Shown one piece after another: positions 29,621 to 38,530 of a stretch of 64,000 bases of DNA; the stretch's first letter is position 1; each line of letters begins with the position of its first letter. Position numbers and translations under genes: made by a program. Below the pieces are notes generated by a model. That model made no database searches, was not told the DNA's origin, and was given only the letters and a program-made list of their open reading frames with translations. The stretch is from an uncultured Flavobacteriaceae bacterium. GTDB taxonomy: Bacteria > Bacteroidota > Bacteroidia > Flavobacteriales > Flavobacteriaceae. The stretch covers positions 22,249 to 86,248 of the forward strand of contig CASIBD010000001.1 in NCBI GenBank assembly GCA_949372825.1. Reading direction: 5' to 3'.

Positions 29621-30337
29621 AGTTTTCTGTTTACATTAATCCTTATAAGCTGCGGCGGCGGCGGAGGAGACGACACCGGCGGTGGCGGCGGAGGCGGACC
29701 AGTAGATCCACCACCAACACCCCCAGGCAAGTCTACTTTAGTAGCCCCGGCCAACAACAAGACTTGTGAGACTGGAACTAGTGTGTCGGATACCCAGAGC
29801 ACAGTAGCATTTAGTTGGAACGCTTCGGCCAGTACCAACACTTATGATGTTAGTATAACTAACTTAAACACAAGTACAGCTACAAACAAAAACGGAGTGT
29901 CTTCTACAAGCACTACAGCAACACTTGATAAAGGAGTTCCATATTCATGGAAAGTAACTTCAAAGAACACTCAGACTACAACTACAACAGCTAGTGATAC
30001 ATGGAAGTTTTACTTAGCAGGTGATGGTGTGGTAAACTACGCACCGTTCCCAGCAGACCTTAAAACTCCAGCATCTGGATCAACTGTCACTCTTAGTGAT
30101 GGAAAGGCTACGTTTACTTGGGAAGGTACTGATCCTGACTCAGGCGATACGCTTAGTTATACGGTTTATGTAGACACTACAGACGGTAAACAAACACCAG
30201 CCTCGGCTTTAACAAACCTGTCAGCTCAAACTGCTGATGTGGAACTGGAAGCGGCTACAACGTATTACTGGAGAGTGAAGACATCAGACGGAACTAACGC
30301 TAGTTACTCCATTGTTTACTCGTTTAAGACACAGTAG
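29594..30337 (+). CDS. Lipoprotein with Gly/Pro-rich linker and two FN3-like domains (paralog of 23764..24462), atypically GC-rich
   Basis: Lipobox (LILISCGG). ATGA overlap with the upstream stop. Same domain pattern as the paralog (C.TG.S.SDTQ..VAFSW...; YYWRVKTSDG.N.SYS.V.SFKT). About 50% GC in the 60-nt samples I counted, against ~30% for the paralog. Confidence 0.8.
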   Translation: MRNQILKHFSFLFTLILISCGGGGGDDTGGGGGGGPVDPPPTPPGKSTLVAPANNKTCETGTSVSDTQSTVAFSWNASASTNTYDVSITNLNTSTATNKNGVSSTSTTATLDKGVPYSWKVTSKNTQTTTTTASDTWKFYLAGDGVVNYAPFPADLKTPASGSTVTLSDGKATFTWEGTDPDSGDTLSYTVYVDTTDGKQTPASALTNLSAQTADVELEAATTYYWRVKTSDGTNASYSIVYSFKTQ

Positions 30338-30368
30338 GATAAAAATCTTAATCTTTAATTTGTAAATT

Positions 30369-31826
30369 TTGAACAGATATATATTATTAATTGCCATTTT
30401 ATTTAGTTTAAATCTGTTGTCTCAGGAAACTGAAAAAAAACCAAACTTTCTTTTTGTTCTTGTAGATGATCAGCCTTATGATGCTGTAGGATTTTCAAAC
30501 AGATATCCGTTTTTAAAGACTCCGAATATTGATAAGTTAGCAAAAGAGGGCGTAAATGTAAAAAATTTCTTTGTTACTCAATCTATATGTTCACCATCAA
30601 GGGCTAGTTTTTTAACAGGAACCTACCCTCATATACATGGCGTAAATCAAAATAATAAATATGTTGATCCCGATTGGACAAACTATGCGCCTTTCTCAAC
30701 TCATTTGCAAAAATCTGGATACGAAACAGCTCATATAGGTAAAATTCATATGGCTTGGAAAAGAGGTAAAGAACATATAAGACCAGGATTTGATTATTGG
30801 TTTAGTTTTATTGGTCAAGGACAATATTTTAATCCTAAGGTTAATGATAATGGTAGAGAAACTCAGATAGAAGGCTATATGACAGATATTTTAACTGATA
30901 AAACTGTTGACTGGTTAGTAAATAAACGTGATCCTGATAAACCTTTCAGTCTAAACCTTTGGCATAAAGCAGTTCATGAAAAACATCTTCCAGCACCAAG
31001 ACATGAAGATCTGTTCCAAGACGATCCATTGCCTGAACCTCCATTTGATACGCATAAGGAAACATTTAAGGGTAAACCAGAGTGGTTAAGAAGAAAAACA
31101 TATGGATTTAAATGGAATGAAAATGATAAGATTCCTGAAGAACTACCTGAAATAACCTGGCCGATTAACAAACATAAGTATATGCAGCTTCTTAGAAGTT
31201 TGATTGCAGTTGATGAATCACTTGGAAAAGTAATAAAAACTTTAGAAGAAATAGGAGAACTTGAAAATACAGTAATAATTTACAGTAGTGATAATGGGTA
31301 TTTTATGGGTGAACATACTTTTATTGATAAAAGATTAGCATATGAAAATTCTATGAGAGTCCCTATGATAATTAGATATCCTAAATTAATCTCAAAAAGC
31401 TCTGTTGTTGATGAACAATGTCTAAATATTGATATAGCCCCTACAATTTTAGATTTAGCTGGAGTAAATAAACCTAGCTATATGCAAGGTGAGTCAATGC
31501 TAAAATTAATAAGTGGAAAAAAAGATAAATCTTGGAGAAAAAGTATGCTTTTCGAATATTATGTTGATGATGCTTGGCCATATGCAGGACCTAATCAAGT
31601 TGCAGTTAGGACTAATGAATATAAATTAATTGATAATTTCTTAGAAGATGATATCGATGAATTATATGATTTAAAAAATGATCCAGGTGAAATGACAAAT
31701 TTAATAAATGATTCCAGCTATGATTTAGTTGAAAAGGAATTAAGAGAGGAATCTATTAAATTACAAAAACAATATAATTATAATCCAGATAGAGATTGGT
31801 GGTTAAGAACACAAATCAAAAAGTAA
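30369..31826 (+). CDS. Formylglycine-dependent sulfatase (S1 family)
   Basis: Signal peptide. LVDDQ metal-site motif. CSPSRASFLTG (C-x-P-x-R) formylglycine motif. TTG start per track. Confidence 0.9.
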   Translation: MNRYILLIAILFSLNLLSQETEKKPNFLFVLVDDQPYDAVGFSNRYPFLKTPNIDKLAKEGVNVKNFFVTQSICSPSRASFLTGTYPHIHGVNQNNKYVDPDWTNYAPFSTHLQKSGYETAHIGKIHMAWKRGKEHIRPGFDYWFSFIGQGQYFNPKVNDNGRETQIEGYMTDILTDKTVDWLVNKRDPDKPFSLNLWHKAVHEKHLPAPRHEDLFQDDPLPEPPFDTHKETFKGKPEWLRRKTYGFKWNENDKIPEELPEITWPINKHKYMQLLRSLIAVDESLGKVIKTLEEIGELENTVIIYSSDNGYFMGEHTFIDKRLAYENSMRVPMIIRYPKLISKSSVVDEQCLNIDIAPTILDLAGVNKPSYMQGESMLKLISGKKDKSWRKSMLFEYYVDDAWPYAGPNQVAVRTNEYKLIDNFLEDDIDELYDLKNDPGEMTNLINDSSYDLVEKELREESIKLQKQYNYNPDRDWWLRTQIKK

Positions 31827-31828
31827 TC

Positions 31829-34800
31829 ATGAAAAATATTTCATTAATTTTCTTAATATTTTTTTCAACATCAATTTTTTCACAAGACCTTTTATTAAAA
31901 GGAACTGTTTTTGAAAAAGATTCAGACATTACTCTTCCTGGAGCAACAATTCAAGTAATCGGAAATGATACTGGTGTAGTTACAGATTTTGATGGAAATT
32001 TTGAGATTATTTTAACTATTGGTGATAAAATCAAAGTTTCATATGTTGGAAAGGAAACAACCGAGTTAACTATAATATCCTCCCCGGTTTCTATTTATAT
32101 GGAATCTAACACTAACGAACTAGATGAAGTGACTGTAAGTGTTGGTTATTTTGATATTAGTAAAAAAGATTTATCTGGATCTATAATTCAAATAACATCC
32201 GATCAACTTGAAAAAAATAGAAATGGATCTTTAGAGAGTGTTTTACAAGGACAAGTATCTGGTTTAGTTGTTACAGAAAGTTCCGAGCCTGGCGGCGGCT
32301 CAGGGGTATCAATAAGAGGAACTAATTCTATTTTAGGAGGAACCCAGCCTTTATATGTTCTAGATGGTATACCTGTTTCTCCGTTATCTGATGCCCAAGG
32401 AATGGGTGGAAGTGGTGGACAACAAAGTTCTCTTAGTTTTATAAATCCAAATGACATTGAGAAGATTGAAGTTTTAAAAGATGCTGCTGCTACCTCAATT
32501 TATGGAGCAAGAGGAGCAAATGGGGTTATTTTAATTACCTCTAAAACAGCTAATAATGAAAATGGAAAAGACAAAATATCTTTAAGATATGAAAGTTATG
32601 TAACCTCTGTAAGAAAAAATATTGATGTTTTAGATGGTTCTGGTTTTGAAAGCTATATGAATCAAAGAGTTTTAAATCAAATCTTTCAAGATATTACTGA
32701 TCCGACCAGAAATGGAGGCGCATATGATGGTTCCCAGTTAATAAATGTTGAGAATTTCCCTGAAATATCTGAGTACAATTTTCCATATCCTCAATCTACA
32801 GGGAAAAATACAAATTGGCAAGATGAAACTTATAGGCTATCTCTAAGTAACAAATACAACTTAAATTATAGGGGAGGAGATTTTAAAAGGAATATTTCAA
32901 TAGGACTTGGAATTAATAATCAGGAAGGTGTAATTATTAATTCAAATAATAAAACTATAAATTTTAACATGAATGCTAAGAGAAAAGCATTTAATGATAA
33001 AATTGATGTTTATTCCAAAACATATTTTACTCATAAAAAAGGAAATGCTGCATCAGTTGGTAATGGTGAAATATTTCAGCAAAGAGGTGTTGTTTCTCAA
33101 GCGTTACAATTTCAACCTATTTTTTCGTTACTAGAACCTGGTCAAGATGATGATATCTATTCTACTCTGAACGAAGGTAATGTTGTATCCAACCCTTATA
33201 ATTTAGCTCGATACGTGATGGATATTAAAAAATCTTTTTCTTTTCGACAAACATTGCAAATCGTAGCTAGAATTACACCAAAATTAACTGCTACTTTAAA
33301 AGGATCATATAACTTTCAAAAAAGTAACAGAGATAACTATTATCCTCTAAATACCACAAGAGGAAGAAATACAAATGGTCAAGCATCACAAGCTTTTTTA
33401 GAAAATAGCAAAACATATGCTGAGGTTAATTTCAGATATAGAAATAAGTTTCAAAATCATCGTTTAGACGCTACTGTTGTTGCAACATATGAGAAAAATG
33501 AAATTAGATCTATGTTAAATAAGGCAAGAGGTTTTGGAACAGATGCTACAGCCTTTTATAACTTTGCTTCGGCTGAAGAAATTCTTACTCCAATTTCACA
33601 ATTTAGAGAAGTTGGTTTGTTATCTGCTTTGTTCAGAGTTGGATACAATTATAAAAGAAAATATTTTATAGATGTAAATGCAAGAATTGATGCATCCTCA
33701 AAATTTTCAATAAATAATAAAAGCGCCTTATTTCCATCAGTTGCTTTCTCTTGGTTTGCTTCAAAAGAAGATTTTTTAAAAAAATATGATAATTTAAATG
33801 AGCTTAAATTTAGAATATCATATGGTAAAATTGGAAGTAATCCAATATCGCCATACCAGTCATTGGCTCTTATGACCCCTATTCGTTATAATTTTAATGA
33901 TGAAATAATTACTGGATTTTTTGAATCTAATCTGGCAAATGATGATCTAACTTGGGAAACTACTGATCAATTTAATTTTGGTATTGATTTAGGTTTATTA
34001 GATTCAAAACTAAATTTTATAGTAGATTTATACCATAAAGTAACTAGCGATTTACTACAAAATGTTCAACTACCTCCATCAAACGGATATACAAGTAGAG
34101 TTGACAACTTTGGAGAAGTTGAAAATAAGGGTATCGACTTTAGCATAAATTCAATAATCTCAGAGAATGATAGTTTTAAGTGGAATGTAAATGCTAACTT
34201 AGGTTTAAACAAGAATAATCTTAATAAATTAAACTCAAATTTAGATTTTCAGTTAGGACCTTCAGTTGGTTTTTCACAAGCATATCCTATTCTTTTTAAA
34301 GTTGGCCAACCCTTAGGAATTTATTGGGGTGCTCAAACAAATGGAGTGTATTCTGATTGGGATGAAGCGATTAGTAGTGGAATTTCTGGAGCTGCGCCAG
34401 GTGAAATTAAATATATAAATAATTTTGTTGATGTTGACCAGTCTGGTCAACCTTTAGCTATACAAGAAATTAATTTTGATGATTATGTGAAAATTGGAGA
34501 TCCTAATCCGGATTTTACCTATTCAATTTCAAATAATTTTAACTTTAAAAATTGGGATGCAAGTATTCTTTTTACTGGTCAAAAAGGAGGAGATATATTT
34601 TGGGTTGATTCGTGGCAATTGACTGGTTTACAAAAAACAACTAATGTACTAACTTCCTCATTTGAAGACTCTTGGATGGCGCCACTTACTTATGAAAACG
34701 GTAATTATTTATATGATTCTTCAACTGGTATTTTAAATAATGTAAACAATCCAGGTGCAATGATAGATACTGGAAAAAGAGCAATTTCATCAGATAGAAA

Positions 34801-35041
34801 TATTTATGATGGATCATTTATAAAACTTAAAAATATAAATATTGGATACACTTTTGAATTATCTGAGTCTAGAAATATGAGGCTTTATATTTCTGGACAA
34901 AATTTAATCGTTTGGACAGATTATCCAGGATATGATCCAGAGGTTAGAACTTATACCAAAAACCCTCAAAAAAGAGGAGTTGATTTTGGAACATATCCAG
35001 GAACTAAATCTGTTTTAATCGGTTTGAAATTTAATTATTAA
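31829..35041 (+). CDS. SusC/RagA-family TonB-dependent outer-membrane transporter
   Basis: Start moved to the MKNISLIFLIFF... signal peptide, 11 codons inside the track ORF. Carboxypeptidase-regulatory-like domain (GTVFEKDSDITLPGATIQV), plug (IEKIEVLKDAAATSIYGARGANGVILITSK), C-terminal beta-barrel ending in F-N-Y. Confidence 0.95.
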   Translation: MKNISLIFLIFFSTSIFSQDLLLKGTVFEKDSDITLPGATIQVIGNDTGVVTDFDGNFEIILTIGDKIKVSYVGKETTELTIISSPVSIYMESNTNELDEVTVSVGYFDISKKDLSGSIIQITSDQLEKNRNGSLESVLQGQVSGLVVTESSEPGGGSGVSIRGTNSILGGTQPLYVLDGIPVSPLSDAQGMGGSGGQQSSLSFINPNDIEKIEVLKDAAATSIYGARGANGVILITSKTANNENGKDKISLRYESYVTSVRKNIDVLDGSGFESYMNQRVLNQIFQDITDPTRNGGAYDGSQLINVENFPEISEYNFPYPQSTGKNTNWQDETYRLSLSNKYNLNYRGGDFKRNISIGLGINNQEGVIINSNNKTINFNMNAKRKAFNDKIDVYSKTYFTHKKGNAASVGNGEIFQQRGVVSQALQFQPIFSLLEPGQDDDIYSTLNEGNVVSNPYNLARYVMDIKKSFSFRQTLQIVARITPKLTATLKGSYNFQKSNRDNYYPLNTTRGRNTNGQASQAFLENSKTYAEVNFRYRNKFQNHRLDATVVATYEKNEIRSMLNKARGFGTDATAFYNFASAEEILTPISQFREVGLLSALFRVGYNYKRKYFIDVNARIDASSKFSINNKSALFPSVAFSWFASKEDFLKKYDNLNELKFRISYGKIGSNPISPYQSLALMTPIRYNFNDEIITGFFESNLANDDLTWETTDQFNFGIDLGLLDSKLNFIVDLYHKVTSDLLQNVQLPPSNGYTSRVDNFGEVENKGIDFSINSIISENDSFKWNVNANLGLNKNNLNKLNSNLDFQLGPSVGFSQAYPILFKVGQPLGIYWGAQTNGVYSDWDEAISSGISGAAPGEIKYINNFVDVDQSGQPLAIQEINFDDYVKIGDPNPDFTYSISNNFNFKNWDASILFTGQKGGDIFWVDSWQLTGLQKTTNVLTSSFEDSWMAPLTYENGNYLYDSSTGILNNVNNPGAMIDTGKRAISSDRNIYDGSFIKLKNINIGYTFELSESRNMRLYISGQNLIVWTDYPGYDPEVRTYTKNPQKRGVDFGTYPGTKSVLIGLKFNY

Positions 35042-35046
35042 TACTA

Positions 35047-36618
35047 ATGAATAAGAATTTAAAATACTTTATAACTTTTTGTGTAGTTATTATTTCATTT
35101 ATTTCATGTGATGTTCTTGATGAAGATCCTTTTACTCAACCAAGCACAGAAAACTTCTATAATAATGCTACTGATGCTCAAGCAGCACTAACTTCTGTTT
35201 ATGCAAGGCTAAAAAGTGGGGAAGGTTATTATAAGCAACAATTTTTATCAACTCTTGTTGCTTCTTCTGATCAAGGCTTGTCTTCTTATTTATTTAACGA
35301 TTTTAAAAGAGGAATTGTAACCTCAGATAATCAAAGTATTAATAATTTATGGAAAGAACTTTATCTAGGAATCAGAGAAGCAAATAATGTAATAGCTAAA
35401 GTTTCAGATATTGAAATGGACCAGGATTTAAAAAACAGAATTCTTGGAGAAGCAAAATTTTTAAGAGCTCTAAATTATTTTAATCTCGTTCGCTGCTTTG
35501 GAGAAGTTCCCCTAAGAACTGAACCTGTAGAAGCTGGAGATGATCAAGGATTAGCTGTGTCATCGATTGTGAAAATATATGATGTTATTATAGAAGATTT
35601 AAACTTTGCTGCAGAATATTGTTGGGGAAGAAATGAATCAAAAGGGAATTTTACAAATAATTTAGGAAGAGCTACTAGTACTTCTGCTCATGCACTTTTG
35701 GCAAAAGTTTACCTAAGAATTGCATCCTCTAAAAGAACAGCAGGTGAAGGAAACCTTGGTAATAAACTCTATCTTGAATTTCCAGAATCACATACAAATT
35801 ATTATCAATATGCAAAAGATGAATGTGATTTAGCCATTAATGGGCAAGGATTTAAATTAACAGCTAATTTAGATGAATGGATTTCAATTTTTAATGCAAA
35901 TAATGGAAATAATTCTGAAATGATATTTGATGTTCAAGGATCATCGTTAACTGGTCAAGGAACCGCTGTTTCAAATTTATTTTCACCAAGAAATGCAGGT
36001 TTGTCCGGCAGCGGATTTGGAGGGGCTAATAAACTAAAAGGAAAATTCATTAATAATAGATTAAATAAATCTGATAGTAGATTTAAAAACTCAATTATTA
36101 GTCAATATGAAACAAGTACCAGAATTTTCAATGTAAATCCTGGTTTTACTGGCTACATTCCCACAGAAAAAGCAACAGGAAAAACGAAAGGAACTTTATG
36201 GCAAATATGGACCGCAAAATATATTGATTCCGAAGCGACTACTGAGTATACAAGCAGACAAAATTGGCACATTATTAGACTTGCGGATGTTTATTTAATG
36301 AGAGCAGAAGCACATGCTGAAATTTTATCTGATCCTTCTTTAGCAAACAACGATATCAATATCTTAAGAAATAGAGTTGGAATGAGTGAAGTGAATTATT
36401 CATCTTTAACAATGAATTCTTTTAGAAAAGAATTGCTAAAGGAACGAGCTGTTGAACTTTATATGGAAGGTCATAGGTTTTATGATTTAACAAGATTTGG
36501 GGTATATGATGAATACTGTAGATCAATATATGGGAATATTGATGGAGCAAGGCAACCAGAAGATTATCTATGGCCTATCCCATTAATCGAAGTTTCAACA
36601 AATAGTAAAATCAATTAA
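35047..36618 (+). CDS. SusD/RagB-family nutrient-binding lipoprotein
   Basis: Lipobox (FISCDV). TPR-like SusD motifs (LRALNYFNLVRCFGEVPL, RLADVYLMRAEA, ERAVELYMEGHRFYDLTR). Immediately follows SusC. Confidence 0.9.
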   Translation: MNKNLKYFITFCVVIISFISCDVLDEDPFTQPSTENFYNNATDAQAALTSVYARLKSGEGYYKQQFLSTLVASSDQGLSSYLFNDFKRGIVTSDNQSINNLWKELYLGIREANNVIAKVSDIEMDQDLKNRILGEAKFLRALNYFNLVRCFGEVPLRTEPVEAGDDQGLAVSSIVKIYDVIIEDLNFAAEYCWGRNESKGNFTNNLGRATSTSAHALLAKVYLRIASSKRTAGEGNLGNKLYLEFPESHTNYYQYAKDECDLAINGQGFKLTANLDEWISIFNANNGNNSEMIFDVQGSSLTGQGTAVSNLFSPRNAGLSGSGFGGANKLKGKFINNRLNKSDSRFKNSIISQYETSTRIFNVNPGFTGYIPTEKATGKTKGTLWQIWTAKYIDSEATTEYTSRQNWHIIRLADVYLMRAEAHAEILSDPSLANNDINILRNRVGMSEVNYSSLTMNSFRKELLKERAVELYMEGHRFYDLTRFGVYDEYCRSIYGNIDGARQPEDYLWPIPLIEVSTNSKIN

Positions 36619-36621
36619 ATT

Positions 36622-38037
36622 ATGATATTAAACAGTAATTTAATTCATTTATTTTTCTTATTATCTGTAAAAATTTTAATTTCTCAAAACAGTTCTGAAC
36701 ATCCAAATTTTATTTTTATTCTGGCCGATGACCAAGGTTGGAATGGTACATCTGTTGAAATGATAAGTGGCCTAAAAGAAACTAAAAGTGATTTTTATGA
36801 GACACCTAATATTGAAAAATTAGCTAATCAAGGCATCAAATTCTCATATGCATATTCTGGTGCACCTGTTTGTGCTCCATCAAGATATAGTATTCAATTT
36901 GGTCAAACTCCTGCAAGATTGAAAATGATTAGAGTTGGGATGAATACCGAACATATTAACCATGATAGTGATTTTACAATTCCAAAACAATTAAAAAAAA
37001 TCAACTCTAATTATAGAACTGCACATTATGGGAAATGGGGGATGGATTCTAGTCCAAAAACTTTGGGATATGATATTAGTGACGGAGCAACTAAGAACAA
37101 AGACGGAGTTTTTAATTATAAATCAAACAAATTACAGTGGAGTAATAATTTTGATGAAGATCCAAAAAAAATATTTAGTATTACTCAAAGAGCAATTCAA
37201 TTTATTTCTTCAAGTCATAAGAAGAAAAACCCTTTCTACTTACAGATTTCTCATTACGCAATACATTCTGATTTAGTTATGAAAAGAGAAACATTTGAAA
37301 AGTATAATAGTAAGATTAAGGGTGATACTCATGACAATATAGGGCTTGCTTCAATGACAGAGGATTTGGACACTAGTATTGGATATATATTAGATAAATT
37401 AAAAGAATTGGGGATTGATAACAACACCTATGTGATTTATAGTTCTGATAACGGATCTGTGCCAATTATTACACCTAGGAAACATTATGAAAAAGGATAC
37501 AATTATCCCCTAAAAAGAGGCAAGTGGGATGCTAATGAAGGCGGAATTAGAGTTCCATTTATAGTTACTGGCCCAAAAATAAAAGCTAGTTCACAATCTC
37601 AAACAACAATATCTTTTTCAGATTTATTACCAACAATAATTGATTTAGCAGGGGGTGGGAAATTGAAATACAAAAAATTAGATGGTGGAAGTTTTAAACA
37701 GGTGTTATTTAATAAAAGTAAAAATATTAAAAGAAATTTCAACGGAATTGTTTTCCATGTTCCCTACGAAAATAAAATAGCTCTTGGAAGAGCCCATTCA
37801 GCAATAATAGTTGATAAAATGAAATTAATTAAGTATTACGATAATAATGAAACTAAATTATTTAATTTAAAAAGTGATATGAGTGAAAATAAAAATTTAG
37901 GTTTTAAAAGAAAAAGATTAGCTGATAAATTAGAAAAACAAATGAGTAATTATCTTAGTGATGTTAAAGCTCCAAAATGGCAACCAGGGATAACCTGGAA
38001 AATGAACACATTAGAATACATCAATTCGTTCCATTAA
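36622..38037 (+). CDS. Formylglycine-dependent sulfatase (S1 family)
   Basis: Signal peptide, LADDQGW, CAPSRYS (C-x-P-x-R). Confidence 0.9.
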   Translation: MILNSNLIHLFFLLSVKILISQNSSEHPNFIFILADDQGWNGTSVEMISGLKETKSDFYETPNIEKLANQGIKFSYAYSGAPVCAPSRYSIQFGQTPARLKMIRVGMNTEHINHDSDFTIPKQLKKINSNYRTAHYGKWGMDSSPKTLGYDISDGATKNKDGVFNYKSNKLQWSNNFDEDPKKIFSITQRAIQFISSSHKKKNPFYLQISHYAIHSDLVMKRETFEKYNSKIKGDTHDNIGLASMTEDLDTSIGYILDKLKELGIDNNTYVIYSSDNGSVPIITPRKHYEKGYNYPLKRGKWDANEGGIRVPFIVTGPKIKASSQSQTTISFSDLLPTIIDLAGGGKLKYKKLDGGSFKQVLFNKSKNIKRNFNGIVFHVPYENKIALGRAHSAIIVDKMKLIKYYDNNETKLFNLKSDMSENKNLGFKRKRLADKLEKQMSNYLSDVKAPKWQPGITWKMNTLEYINSFH

Positions 38038-38161
38038 ATTTTATTTTTTCTTATGAAAATGATTCCAATTTTATTAGCCTCGTTATTACAATAAACAAAA
38101 ATTATTATACTTTATTTAACTATTTATTATTCACTATATTAAAAACTAAAACCAATTTATT

Positions 38162-38500
38162 ATGAACAAACTCTTAATTTTATTTTTTTCTTTAACGTTT
38201 TCATTTTCTGTCTTTTCACAAGATAAATTACAGGAAAGAGCAAAGAAAATTTCTGATGAAATGACCACTGTTTTATCTCTTAATGACAAAGACTCTGAAA
38301 AAATTTATATTATTCAACTAAAAAGATTTATAGATGCAAAAAAAATTCGAAATATTCATAAAGGTGACAAGGAGCTAATGAAAACAGAATTAAAAAAAAT
38401 GCAAGGTAAATTGTGGCAAAACCTTAAAGGTGTAGTAGGAAAAGATAATATGAAATTGTGGGGGATGTATAAAAAAACAATAAATAAAAAAAACAAGTAA
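38162..38500 (+). CDS. Small secreted Lys-rich hypothetical protein
   Basis: 112 aa, clear signal peptide (FSFSVFSQD), helical Lys-rich mature part. No motif recognised. Confidence 0.5.
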   Translation: MNKLLILFFSLTFSFSVFSQDKLQERAKKISDEMTTVLSLNDKDSEKIYIIQLKRFIDAKKIRNIHKGDKELMKTELKKMQGKLWQNLKGVVGKDNMKLWGMYKKTINKKNK

Positions 38501-38530
38501 ATAAAAACCGTAAAAAATAATCCATCAAAT

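Noticed and set aside
29578-29841. Minus-strand ORF encoding a Pro-rich peptide (PPPPPPPVSSPPPPPQ); a similar one lies at 13697..13897
   Set aside because: Both are antisense to the GGC-rich Gly-linker coding stretches of plus-strand lipoprotein genes, which have far better coding evidence.
31796-31828. Track start for SusC at 31796 (MVVKNTNQKVI...) overlapping the end of the sulfatase gene
   Set aside because: The ATG at 31829 yields a canonical signal peptide (MKNISLIFLIFFSTSIFSQ) and removes the overlap. The upstream extension is most likely not translated.
37028-38165. Plus-strand ORFs 37028..37276 and 37977..38165
   Set aside because: They are off-frame overlaps with the sulfatase CDS 36622..38037, or read-through into AT-rich spacer. 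No motifs and no plausible start context.
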